From contig JBGANV010000001.1 of the NCBI GenBank assembly GCA_044222185.1, positions 1,952,001 to 2,016,000 on the forward strand: a stretch of 64,000 nt of DNA, written 5' to 3'. A program made the position numbers and the translations under genes. Shown here one piece after another: positions 1-9,088 of the stretch. This stretch comes from Planctomycetota bacterium. GTDB taxonomy: Bacteria; Planctomycetota; GCA-002687715; CAIWVZ01. Below the pieces are notes generated by a model. The model did no database searches. It was not told the DNA's origin and saw only the letters and a list, made by a program, of their open reading frames with translations. The stretch's first letter is position 1, and every line of letters starts with the position of its first letter.

Positions 1-882
<882 letters not shown>

Positions 883-1030
883 GCTCCGGGCCTCTCCCGT
901 ATGCGACCCCATGGCGTCGCCCGCCCAGTCCGGCGAAGCGGGGCCGAACCTGCCACCAGGCGGTTGAACGGGCGGGTGCTTGCTGCCAACGTACCGGCCC
1001 CCGTTTTTCGCCCGGGGGTCCGACCGATCC

Positions 1031-1795
1031 ATGCGCCGCCCTCTCATTGCCGGAAACTGGAAGATGAACATGGGCCACCGCGACGCCATCCGCCTCGCGG
1101 AGGGCCTCCTCGCGGGGGTCGACGTCCCGCCCGATCGCGATTGCGCGATCTTCCCCCCGTTCACGAGCCTGGCACGCGTCGCCGAAATCCTCCGGGACAC
1201 GGCAATTCGCGTCGGAGCCCAGAACTGCTGGTGCGACGAGGATGGCGCCTTCACCGGCGAGATCTCAGCGAACCTCGTTCGCGAGGCCGGCGGCACCATG
1301 GTGATCCTCGGCCACTCGGAACGACGCCACGTCGTGGGCGAGACGGACGAGCTGATCGCGAAGAAGGTCAAGGCCGCGTTGAGGCATCGGCTGCGCGTCG
1401 TGTTGTGCGTCGGAGAGACGCTGGCCGAACGCGACGGTGGACGGACGTTCGACGTCGTCCTGCGTCAGGTCCGCGATGACCTTCGCGGACTGAACGACGA
1501 TGCCATGCGCAACGTCGTCCTCGCGTACGAACCCGTCTGGGCCATCGGCACCGGCAAGACGGCGTCCCCCTCACAGGCCCAGGAAGTGCACGCGAGGATC
1601 CGCGCCGAGTTGCGCACGCTCTTCGGCGCCCCCGTGTCGGAGGACTGCACGATCCTGTACGGCGGGAGCGTGAAACCGAACAACATCGACGGCTTGATGG
1701 CGATGCCCGACATCGACGGCGCGCTCGTCGGCGGTGCGAGCCTCGACGAGGCCGATTTCCATAGGCTCGTGTGGTTCGAGTCCACACCAGGTTGA
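1031..1795 (+). CDS. tpiA: Triosephosphate isomerase
   Basis: IAGNWKMN, GAFTGEIS, ILGHSERR, AYEPVWAIGTG, YGGSVK, LVGGASL. ATG at 1031. Confidence 0.97.
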   Translation: MRRPLIAGNWKMNMGHRDAIRLAEGLLAGVDVPPDRDCAIFPPFTSLARVAEILRDTAIRVGAQNCWCDEDGAFTGEISANLVREAGGTMVILGHSERRHVVGETDELIAKKVKAALRHRLRVVLCVGETLAERDGGRTFDVVLRQVRDDLRGLNDDAMRNVVLAYEPVWAIGTGKTASPSQAQEVHARIRAELRTLFGAPVSEDCTILYGGSVKPNNIDGLMAMPDIDGALVGGASLDEADFHRLVWFESTPG

Positions 1796-1805
1796 GAGTC
1801 CAGAT

Positions 1806-2036
1806 ATGGCTATTCTGTCCCCCATCCTCTATGTGCTCTTCTCGCTGCTGTCGATCCTGCTCACGGCGATCGTGCTCGTGCAGGAAGGCAAGGGCGGCGG
1901 ACTTGGTGGGGCGTTCGGCGGCGCGGGCGCAGACATGTTCGGCCACGGTGCCGGTGGCATCAACAAGGCGACGGGGGTCATCTTCGGCGTGCTGTTGGTG
2001 ATCACCGTCGTCATCGGTGTGATCGAAAAGCACTGA
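1806..2036 (+). CDS. secG: Preprotein translocase subunit SecG
   Basis: Two TM helices around LVQEGKGGGLGGAFGG; tpiA-secG synteny. Confidence 0.92.
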   Translation: MAILSPILYVLFSLLSILLTAIVLVQEGKGGGLGGAFGGAGADMFGHGAGGINKATGVIFGVLLVITVVIGVIEKH

Positions 2037-2045
2037 TTCCTGCCC

Positions 2046-2615
2046 ATGTCCGACGACGTCCTCGACCTCTTCCGTGCTCAGCAGGCCCTGCTCGAGGGAC
2101 ACTTCCTCCTTTCGAGCGGGCTGCACTCGTCGCGCTACATCCAATGCGCGCGTGTCCTCATGGTCCCGTCCATCGCCGAGCGCCTCTGTCGCATGCTCCG
2201 CGAACGCTGGACGGGCGAGATGCCGGACGTGATCGTGGGACCGGCGCTCGGCGGCGTCGTCGTCGCATATGAGCTGGCTCGCGCCTTCGGTGTCCCCGGG
2301 ATCTTCGCGGAGCGGGAGAACACGCGCTTTGCGATTCGCCGGGGCTTCCGCGTGGACGCGGGGCAGAAGGTGATCGTCGCCGAGGATGTTGTGACGACGG
2401 GAGGCTCCGCTGGGGAAGTGCTGGAGCTCCTGAAGGGGATCGGCGCCCACCCGATCGGCGTCATGAGCCTCATCGCCCGCACCGAGAAGAACCCGTTCAC
2501 CGTCCCCTACGTCTCCCTGGCGACGGTCATTCCGCCCACGTGGACGCCGACGCAGTGCCCGCTTTGCCTCACCGGGAGCGCGGCCATCAAGCCCGGCTCA
2601 CGCCCGGGGATGTGA
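2046..2615 (+). CDS. pyrE: Orotate phosphoribosyltransferase
   Basis: EGHFLLSSGLHSSRY; PRPP motif VAEDVVTTGGS. Confidence 0.93.
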   Translation: MSDDVLDLFRAQQALLEGHFLLSSGLHSSRYIQCARVLMVPSIAERLCRMLRERWTGEMPDVIVGPALGGVVVAYELARAFGVPGIFAERENTRFAIRRGFRVDAGQKVIVAEDVVTTGGSAGEVLELLKGIGAHPIGVMSLIARTEKNPFTVPYVSLATVIPPTWTPTQCPLCLTGSAAIKPGSRPGM

Positions 2616-2622
2616 GCCTGAC

Positions 2623-3528
2623 GTGCCGCGGAGCATGACAGGCTTCGGCGCGGCCGTTCGCGACGGGGCCGGGCGACGCGTGACGGTCGAAGCCAAGTCT
2701 GTCAACCATCGCTTCCTGAAGTCCCAGTTCCGGCTTCCGCTCGCCCTGCAATCGTTGGAGCCCGACCTCGAGACCGAGGTCCGGACACGGCTGACCCGCG
2801 GGGCGATCACCGTCAGCGTTCACGTGTCCGCGCTGCCAGGGGACACGGGTGCCGCGATCGACGAAGCCCGCGTCCGAGCGAACCACGACGCACTCCTTGC
2901 GATCTACCGGTCGCTCTACCCGGACGCGGCGCCGCCCGAGCCCATGCGGGTCATCGAGGCCGCCCTCCGCCAGCCCGGCGGCACCTCGGCCGCCGACGAG
3001 GCCGAATCGACGACCGACGAGCTACGGGACGTGGCGCGGCGGGCGACGGTCGAGGCCCTGGATGCCCTCACGCGGAGCCGCGATGCGGAGGGCGCGAAGA
3101 CGGCATCCGAACTCCGACTGCACGGTGCACGAGTCGCCACGTTGCGTGCGGCGATCGCCGAACGCTCCCCCCTCGTCACGCGGGAGAATCGGGACCGCTT
3201 CGCCACGCGCGTGAACGCCCTCTTATCCGAGGTGAGACCTGGACTTACGATCGACGACACGGTCTTGATGCGCGAGGCGGCGGCATTTGGAGAGCGGTGC
3301 GACGTCAGCGAGGAACTCCAGCGCCTCGCCGCACACCTGGATCTGTTCAACCGCCTCCTCGACGACGGCGCGGATGTGGGACGGCGTCTCGACTTCCTCC
3401 TGCAGGAGATGCTGCGCGAGGCGAACACGATCGGCTCCAAGGCGAGCGACCTGTCCATCGCCCACTCCGTGGTTGAGGCCAAGGCGGAAATCGACAAGAT
3501 GAAAGAACAGGTCCAGAATCTTGAGTAG
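2623..3528 (+). CDS. yicC: YicC/YloC-family endoribonuclease
   Basis: SMTGFG, KSVNHRFL, DVSEELQRL, GRRLDFLLQEMLREANTIGSK, KEQVQNLE; upstream of gmk. Confidence 0.93.
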   Translation: MPRSMTGFGAAVRDGAGRRVTVEAKSVNHRFLKSQFRLPLALQSLEPDLETEVRTRLTRGAITVSVHVSALPGDTGAAIDEARVRANHDALLAIYRSLYPDAAPPEPMRVIEAALRQPGGTSAADEAESTTDELRDVARRATVEALDALTRSRDAEGAKTASELRLHGARVATLRAAIAERSPLVTRENRDRFATRVNALLSEVRPGLTIDDTVLMREAAAFGERCDVSEELQRLAAHLDLFNRLLDDGADVGRRLDFLLQEMLREANTIGSKASDLSIAHSVVEAKAEIDKMKEQVQNLE

Positions 3529-4111
3529 GCTTCCCGTCCTCGTCCTCAGCGGCCCCAGCGGCGTCGGCAAGAGCTCCGTCATTGCGGAGCTGTTGCGGCA
3601 CGAGCGCTGCCGCCTCGCGGTGTCTGCCGCGACCCGCGCGCCGCGCCCGGGTGAGGTCGACGGGGTGCACTATCGGTTCATGACGCCATCCTCGTTCCAT
3701 GACCTCGTTTCCAGAAATGCCCTCCTCGAACACGCCGAAGTCCACGGTCACTGCTATGGCACGCCCGTGGAGGAGGTCGATCCCTGGGTCGCCAGCGGAT
3801 GGACCGTCCTCCTCGACATCGACGTCCAGGGATATCGAAGCGTCAAACGCCTGCGCCCCAGCACGGTCGGAGTCTTCATCAAGCCGCCGTCGTTCGAGTC
3901 CCTCCGGGATCGCCTGCAGCGCCGCAAGAGCGAGGATGCTGCGGCCATGGAACGGCGCCTCGACCACGCCCGCCGAGAGCTCGCCTTCGCTCACGAATAC
4001 GAACACGTCGTCATCAACGACGACCTTGCCCGCGCGGTTCACGAGATCGAAGCCATCGTCGGCATCGAAGCCCCGTCGGACCCGAACCGCCTGACCTCAA
4101 ACCGCAAGTAA
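3521..4111 (+). CDS. gmk: Guanylate kinase
   Basis: SGPSGVGKS, TRAPRPGEVDGVHYRF, HCYGTP, LDIDVQG. Confidence 0.95.
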   Translation: MSRLPVLVLSGPSGVGKSSVIAELLRHERCRLAVSAATRAPRPGEVDGVHYRFMTPSSFHDLVSRNALLEHAEVHGHCYGTPVEEVDPWVASGWTVLLDIDVQGYRSVKRLRPSTVGVFIKPPSFESLRDRLQRRKSEDAAAMERRLDHARRELAFAHEYEHVVINDDLARAVHEIEAIVGIEAPSDPNRLTSNRK

Positions 4112-4118
4112 CCGAGAC

Positions 4119-4451
4119 ATGATCCACCAACACAAGCTCGACGACCTCTACGGACAAGTCGGCGGCGTCTACAAGACGACCGTCCTGATCCAGAAGCGCC
4201 TGCGCGAGCTCAACCGAGGTGCCCGCCGGCTCGTCCATGAAGAGGACAAGAGCCCCATCGCCACCGTGATGCGCGAGATCGAGGGCAAGAAGCTCGACCT
4301 GCTGGCCGACACCGAGGAGAACCGCGAGCTCATCCGGACCGAGATCGAGCGGATGACGACGGATCAGCCGCGCGCCATCGACGTCGAGCCCACCACGAGC
4401 GAGGACGAACTCGAGCGCCGGATCCTGACGGCCCTGAACAAGACCCGCTGA
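4119..4451 (+). CDS. rpoZ: RNA polymerase omega subunit with C-terminal extension
   Basis: VGGVYKTTVLIQKRLRELNRGARRLV..PIATVMREI; gmk-rpoZ-coaBC synteny. Confidence 0.88.
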   Translation: MIHQHKLDDLYGQVGGVYKTTVLIQKRLRELNRGARRLVHEEDKSPIATVMREIEGKKLDLLADTEENRELIRTEIERMTTDQPRAIDVEPTTSEDELERRILTALNKTR

Positions 4452-4512
4452 GGCGCGGCCTGAAATCCGCCCCGGGTCGCGGCCGTCGCGCCCGAGGGCC
4501 GGGAGCGTCCCG

Positions 4513-5061
4513 ATGACCCGCCCCCACGTCCTGCTCGGCGTCACCGCCAGCATCGCCGCCCACCGGGCCCTGGACCTCACGTCCGAGCTCACGAAATCGG
4601 GCATGGACGTCAGCGTCGTGATGACGCGAAACGCCCAGGAATTCGTGCGACCGCTGGCCTTCGAAGCCCTTTCGCGCCGCCCCGTCCGGACCGATTTCTT
4701 CGGCCCGGATCGCGCGCCAGCCCATGAACACATCGACCTGGCCGCGACGGCGAACCTCTGCGTGATCGCCCCGGCGTCCGCGGACGTCATCGCCAAGCTG
4801 GCCCACGGCCTCTGCGACGACCTGCTGACGACCGTGACCTACGCGTATTCCGGCCCCCGCATCGTCTGTCCGGCCATGAACTGGCGCATGTGGCAGAACC
4901 CGCTGACGGCCAGGAATCTGGACACCCTGAAGGGGCTTGGCTTCGACGTCGTCGACCCCGATTCCGGCGACCTCGCCTGCGGCGAGCAGGGCCCGGGCCG
5001 CCTCGCGGCCCTGCCGAGGATTCTCGACCGCATCCGCCTGCACCTCGGGGTCGGCGGATGA
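4513..5061 (+). CDS. coaC: Phosphopantothenoylcysteine decarboxylase (flavoprotein half of CoaBC)
   Basis: LLGVTASIAA, HIDLA, IAPASADVIAKLAHG.CDDLL, PAMN, LACGEQGPGRL. Confidence 0.9.
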   Translation: MTRPHVLLGVTASIAAHRALDLTSELTKSGMDVSVVMTRNAQEFVRPLAFEALSRRPVRTDFFGPDRAPAHEHIDLAATANLCVIAPASADVIAKLAHGLCDDLLTTVTYAYSGPRIVCPAMNWRMWQNPLTARNLDTLKGLGFDVVDPDSGDLACGEQGPGRLAALPRILDRIRLHLGVGG

Positions 5062-5699
5062 ACCTGCTGGTCACCGCCGGGCCGACCCACGAACCCATCG
5101 ACGACGTCCGGTACGTGGGGAATTCGAGTAGCGGGCGACTGGGGTTCCTGATCGCCGAGGTTGCGCGCCACCGGGGTCACGCGGTGACGCTCGTCGCCGG
5201 TCCCTGTGCCCTGGCGGACCCGGCCGGGATCTCCGTGATCCGGGTGACGACGGCGACCGAAATGCTCGCGGCATGTCAGGCGGCGTTCCCGACGGCCGAC
5301 GCACTGGTGATGGCGGCAGCCGTCGCCGACTATCGACCGCGCGACCGCATCGTCGGGAAGATGAAGAAGGGGGCGGACGACCTCGTCCTGCACCTCGTCA
5401 AAAATCCGGACGTCGTCGCCGAACTCGGTAAGATGTCGCGCGGTCAGGTCATCGTGGGGTTTGCCCTCGAGGCCGCTCCGCCTGCGGAGGCGGAAGCGCT
5501 CGCGCGCGGCAAGCTTCGCAACAAGCATCTCGATCTCGTCGTGTTGAACCACCCTGGGTCGCTCGGTGGGTCGGATGCTGTCGGGGTGACTCTCATCACC
5601 GAGCGGGAGGCGGTCTCGCTCGGCAACGTCGACAAGCGTCGACTCGGGGAACGGCTCGTTCGCTTCGTCGAAACGCGCCAGCTCTCCGAGGGTCGTTGA
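5058..5699 (+). CDS. coaB: Phosphopantothenate-cysteine ligase (CoaB half)
   Basis: LVTAGPTHEPIDDVRYVGNSSSGRLG, AAAVADYRP, VGFALE. ATGA overlap with coaC stop. Confidence 0.9.
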   Translation: MNLLVTAGPTHEPIDDVRYVGNSSSGRLGFLIAEVARHRGHAVTLVAGPCALADPAGISVIRVTTATEMLAACQAAFPTADALVMAAAVADYRPRDRIVGKMKKGADDLVLHLVKNPDVVAELGKMSRGQVIVGFALEAAPPAEAEALARGKLRNKHLDLVVLNHPGSLGGSDAVGVTLITEREAVSLGNVDKRRLGERLVRFVETRQLSEGR

Positions 5700-5777
5700 A
5701 TGCGCTCACGCGGTTGAACGAGTGCGCAACGGGCACTTGCGGCGGCATCGTCCGTCAGTTCGAGATGGGGAGACGAA

Positions 5778-6272
5778 ATGGACCAGCCGGTCTCGACGGC
5801 AAGCTGGCAGATCCGGGTCGGCGTCCGCCGTGACCCGTCCGCTGCCGATCTCCCCTACCCTCGATACATGACCGACGGGGCAGCGGGCGCCGACGTCTTC
5901 GCGGCCGTCGAGTCACCGATCACGGTCCGCATGGGCGAGATCCACCGGATCCCCACGGGCCTCTTCCTCGAGATTCCAGAAGGGTTCGAAGCCCAGGTAC
6001 GAGCTCGATCGGGCCTCGCGCTCAAGAGCGGCATCGCGCTCGTGAACGCGCCGGGCACCATCGACTCCGACTATCGCGGCGAGTTGGGCGTGATCCTCAC
6101 GTGCCTCAGCAACACGCCCTGCGTGATCGAGCGCGGCATGCGGATCGCACAGCTCGTCTTCACGCGCGTCGCCCGCGCCGAGTTCATCGCTACGGACGCC
6201 ATCGGCACCACCGTTCGCGGCTCGGGGGGATTCGGACACACGGGCCTTGGTTCGGAAGCGAGTCGAAAGTGA
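5778..6272 (+). CDS. dut: dUTP diphosphatase
   Basis: AAGAD, RSGLA, NAPGTIDSDYRGE, RIAQL, RGSGGFGHTG. Confidence 0.96.
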   Translation: MDQPVSTASWQIRVGVRRDPSAADLPYPRYMTDGAAGADVFAAVESPITVRMGEIHRIPTGLFLEIPEGFEAQVRARSGLALKSGIALVNAPGTIDSDYRGELGVILTCLSNTPCVIERGMRIAQLVFTRVARAEFIATDAIGTTVRGSGGFGHTGLGSEASRK

Positions 6273-9088
6273 ACGAACGTGCAGTGACGACGCGTGCGAC
6301 GACACCCCCGATCTCCCGCATCGTGTGGGCGTGGGCGTTGGTTCTCCTCGCCATCTACGTGGCGATCAGTTTCACCACCTACGTCCCGCCCGGGCTGGGG
6401 AACGGTGAACCGCTGACGAACGTCGGAGGCCGGCTCGGTCAGCGACTGGGCCAGGCGCTCGTCGAAGGCTTCGGGGTCGGAGCGTTCGGGCTCCCCTTCT
6501 TCCTCGTGTTCCTCGGTTGGCGGCTGCGCACGCGCCCCCGCGTGACCGAGCCACTGCTCAAAGTGCTCGGCGTGTTCATGCTCATGCTCGCGTTCGGGCT
6601 CGTCATGACGCTCGCAGCGCCGGGCCGCGTCTTCCCGCGGGGTTACGTCCCGATCGGCGGGATTCTCGGCGACTGGCTCGGGACGAAACTGGTGCTGCAC
6701 TTCGGGAGGTGGTGGAGCGTGGCGATCGCCGGGCTCGGTGCCGGCGCGGCGCTGATCCTCTCGACCGACAGTTTCTTCCTCGAAGGCCTTGCGAGATGGT
6801 TGTCGCGCCACCCCACGCCGAAGACGGCGGAGGCCAAGGTCGCGGCCCGCAAACGGGCAGCGCGCGAGTTGGAGCGGACCGTGTCGCCGCTCGCGACGGA
6901 TGAAGAACCGGTCGAAGACGAGACCCCGATCGAAGCTCGCGACGCGGCAATGGCGGAAGGCGCAGCCGATGGCGCCTCATCGACGGAAGATGGGGCTGCA
7001 CCGCCGATCGAGGCCGCGCGGCCTCCGCGAGCCTCGCGCTCGAAGAAGGCCCCCGAGCGCCGGCTGCTCGAGACGCTGGCGAAGACCGAGTCGGCGGAGT
7101 CGGACACCTTCGACGTACCCAAGCCCAAGATCAAGGACGGGGTGGCGCCTGCAGTCGCCGCTGCGGCCGCCGCGCCGACGTTGTCGGAGGCCAGACCCAA
7201 GGCCGAGCAACGTGCCGAGGACGACGCCCCCGCCGGTGACGACGACGCGCCGGCGCCACGCGTACGACGGCCTCGCGCCTCGTCGCGCAAGAAGCCGGCC
7301 GATGCGCCCGTACCCGACCTCGGGCTCGACCTCGACGACGGCGACGATCACGAGGTCGATGCGCTCGACGGGTTCGACGACGTCGAAGCCGAGGGTGATG
7401 ACGAAGACGACGCCGAGGCCCCGGCCGCCGCGCCGGCCGCGCGCGCCAAGCCGCCAGTGCCGCCAAGCCAGGTGCGGATCCGCGACGGCGTCCCCGCGGG
7501 CAAACCGGGCGACGCCACGGGCGTGACGGTGATCAACCTCTCCCGCGACCCCAAGCTCAAGGGCAAGGAGAAGTACGAGCTGCCGCCGTTGACGCTGCTC
7601 AACGCCGCCGTCTACTCGGGAGAACGCGAGAGCGACGAGGCGCTCCAGGAGAAGGCCCGCCAGCTGGTCCAGGCGCTTCAGGACTTCGGTGTCCAGGCGA
7701 CGGTCGAGGAGATCGAGCGCGGTCCCGTCATCACGCGGTTCGACCTGAATCTCGCGCGCGGCACGAAGATCTCCCGGGTCACCGGGTTGGCCGAGGACCT
7801 CGGCATGACCCTCGGCGTGGGGCGAGTCCGCATCGCACAGGTGAAGGGGAAGGCCGCACTCGGAGTGGAGATCCCGAACCGTTCGCGCGAGACGGTGTTC
7901 CTGAAGGAACTGGCGCTCGCTGCCGCCACGGCCGCACCGAACAAGAAGATCGCGATCCCGCTGTTCCTCGGAAAGGACAGCGCCGGCAACCCGATCATCG
8001 AAGACCTGGCGTCGACGCCGCACCTCCTGATCGCCGGCCGCACCGGCGCGGGCAAGTCGGTGTTCGTCAACTCCCTCGTCCTGTCGATCCTGCTCACCCG
8101 CTACCCGGAAGAGGTGCGGCTGATCATGATCGATCCCAAGCGCGTCGAGCTCGAGGTCTACCAGGACATCCCACACCTCCTCACGCGCGTCGAAAGCGAC
8201 CCCAAGAAGTCGTCCCTGATCCTCCAATGGGCGATCCAGCAGATGGAGGAGCGATACGAGCTCCTCTCGGCCGTCGGCGTGCGCCACATCACGAGCTTCA
8301 ACAAGCTCGGCAAGGAAGCGCGCAAGGAGATGCTGAGCAAGCTCTACTCGGAGGGCGAGATCGAGAAGGTCCCGGAGACCATGCCCTACATCGTCATCAT
8401 CGTCGACGAGCTCGCCGACCTCATGATGACGTCCGGCAAGGAAACCGAGCAGGCGATCGCGCGTCTCGCCCAGAAGGCGCGAGCCGTCGGCATCCACGTC
8501 GTCCTCGCGACCCAGCGTCCGAGCACCGACGTCATCACGGGCCTCATCAAGAGCAACCTGCCGTCGCGCATCGCGTTCCAGACCCGCACGGGGATCGACT
8601 CGCGCACGATCCTCGACCGGCAGGGCGCCGAGAAGCTTCTCGACAAGGGCGACATGCTCTTCCTCGCGGCTTCCGCAGGTGACGATCTGCGCCGCATCCA
8701 GGGTCCCTTCGTCTCGGACGAGGAAGTGACGCGAGTCGTCGACTACCTGAAGACGAGTGCGCTGCCGCAGTACACGCACTCCCTCATCCAGGTCGGCGCG
8801 GGCGAGATGAAGGAGAGCGACGCGGGCGAGCAGGACGAGCTGTTCGAACAAGCCGTCGAGATCGTCCTCCAGAGCAAGCAGGCCAGCACGTCGTGGCTGC
8901 AACGTCAGTTGAGCGTTGGTTACGCGCGCGCCGGACGCCTCGTCGACCTGATGACGCAGGCCGGATACATCTCGGGTCCGAACGGCAGCAAGCCGCGCGA
9001 GATCCTGATCACGATCGACCAGTGGAATGAACTGAAGGGGAAGACGGCCGCAGCGTCGGCTTCCGAAGGATCGGAAGGTGCGAGGTGA
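6269..9088 (+). CDS. ftsK: DNA translocase FtsK (TM domain, linker, motor, gamma)
   Basis: N-terminal TMs; PHLLIAGRTGAGKS, IDPKRVEL, IIVDELADLMM, RLAQKARAVGIH..ATQRPS; gamma LQRQLSVGYARAGRLVD. GTG start overlaps dut stop. Confidence 0.96.
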   Translation: MNERAVTTRATTPPISRIVWAWALVLLAIYVAISFTTYVPPGLGNGEPLTNVGGRLGQRLGQALVEGFGVGAFGLPFFLVFLGWRLRTRPRVTEPLLKVLGVFMLMLAFGLVMTLAAPGRVFPRGYVPIGGILGDWLGTKLVLHFGRWWSVAIAGLGAGAALILSTDSFFLEGLARWLSRHPTPKTAEAKVAARKRAARELERTVSPLATDEEPVEDETPIEARDAAMAEGAADGASSTEDGAAPPIEAARPPRASRSKKAPERRLLETLAKTESAESDTFDVPKPKIKDGVAPAVAAAAAAPTLSEARPKAEQRAEDDAPAGDDDAPAPRVRRPRASSRKKPADAPVPDLGLDLDDGDDHEVDALDGFDDVEAEGDDEDDAEAPAAAPAARAKPPVPPSQVRIRDGVPAGKPGDATGVTVINLSRDPKLKGKEKYELPPLTLLNAAVYSGERESDEALQEKARQLVQALQDFGVQATVEEIERGPVITRFDLNLARGTKISRVTGLAEDLGMTLGVGRVRIAQVKGKAALGVEIPNRSRETVFLKELALAAATAAPNKKIAIPLFLGKDSAGNPIIEDLASTPHLLIAGRTGAGKSVFVNSLVLSILLTRYPEEVRLIMIDPKRVELEVYQDIPHLLTRVESDPKKSSLILQWAIQQMEERYELLSAVGVRHITSFNKLGKEARKEMLSKLYSEGEIEKVPETMPYIVIIVDELADLMMTSGKETEQAIARLAQKARAVGIHVVLATQRPSTDVITGLIKSNLPSRIAFQTRTGIDSRTILDRQGAEKLLDKGDMLFLAASAGDDLRRIQGPFVSDEEVTRVVDYLKTSALPQYTHSLIQVGAGEMKESDAGEQDELFEQAVEIVLQSKQASTSWLQRQLSVGYARAGRLVDLMTQAGYISGPNGSKPREILITIDQWNELKGKTAAASASEGSEGAR

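Noticed and set aside
1770-1786. Perfect tRNA T-arm look-alike (TGTGG-TTCGAGT-CCACA) just before secG
   Set aside because: It lies inside the tpiA coding end (VWFEST), with no matching acceptor, D or anticodon arm.
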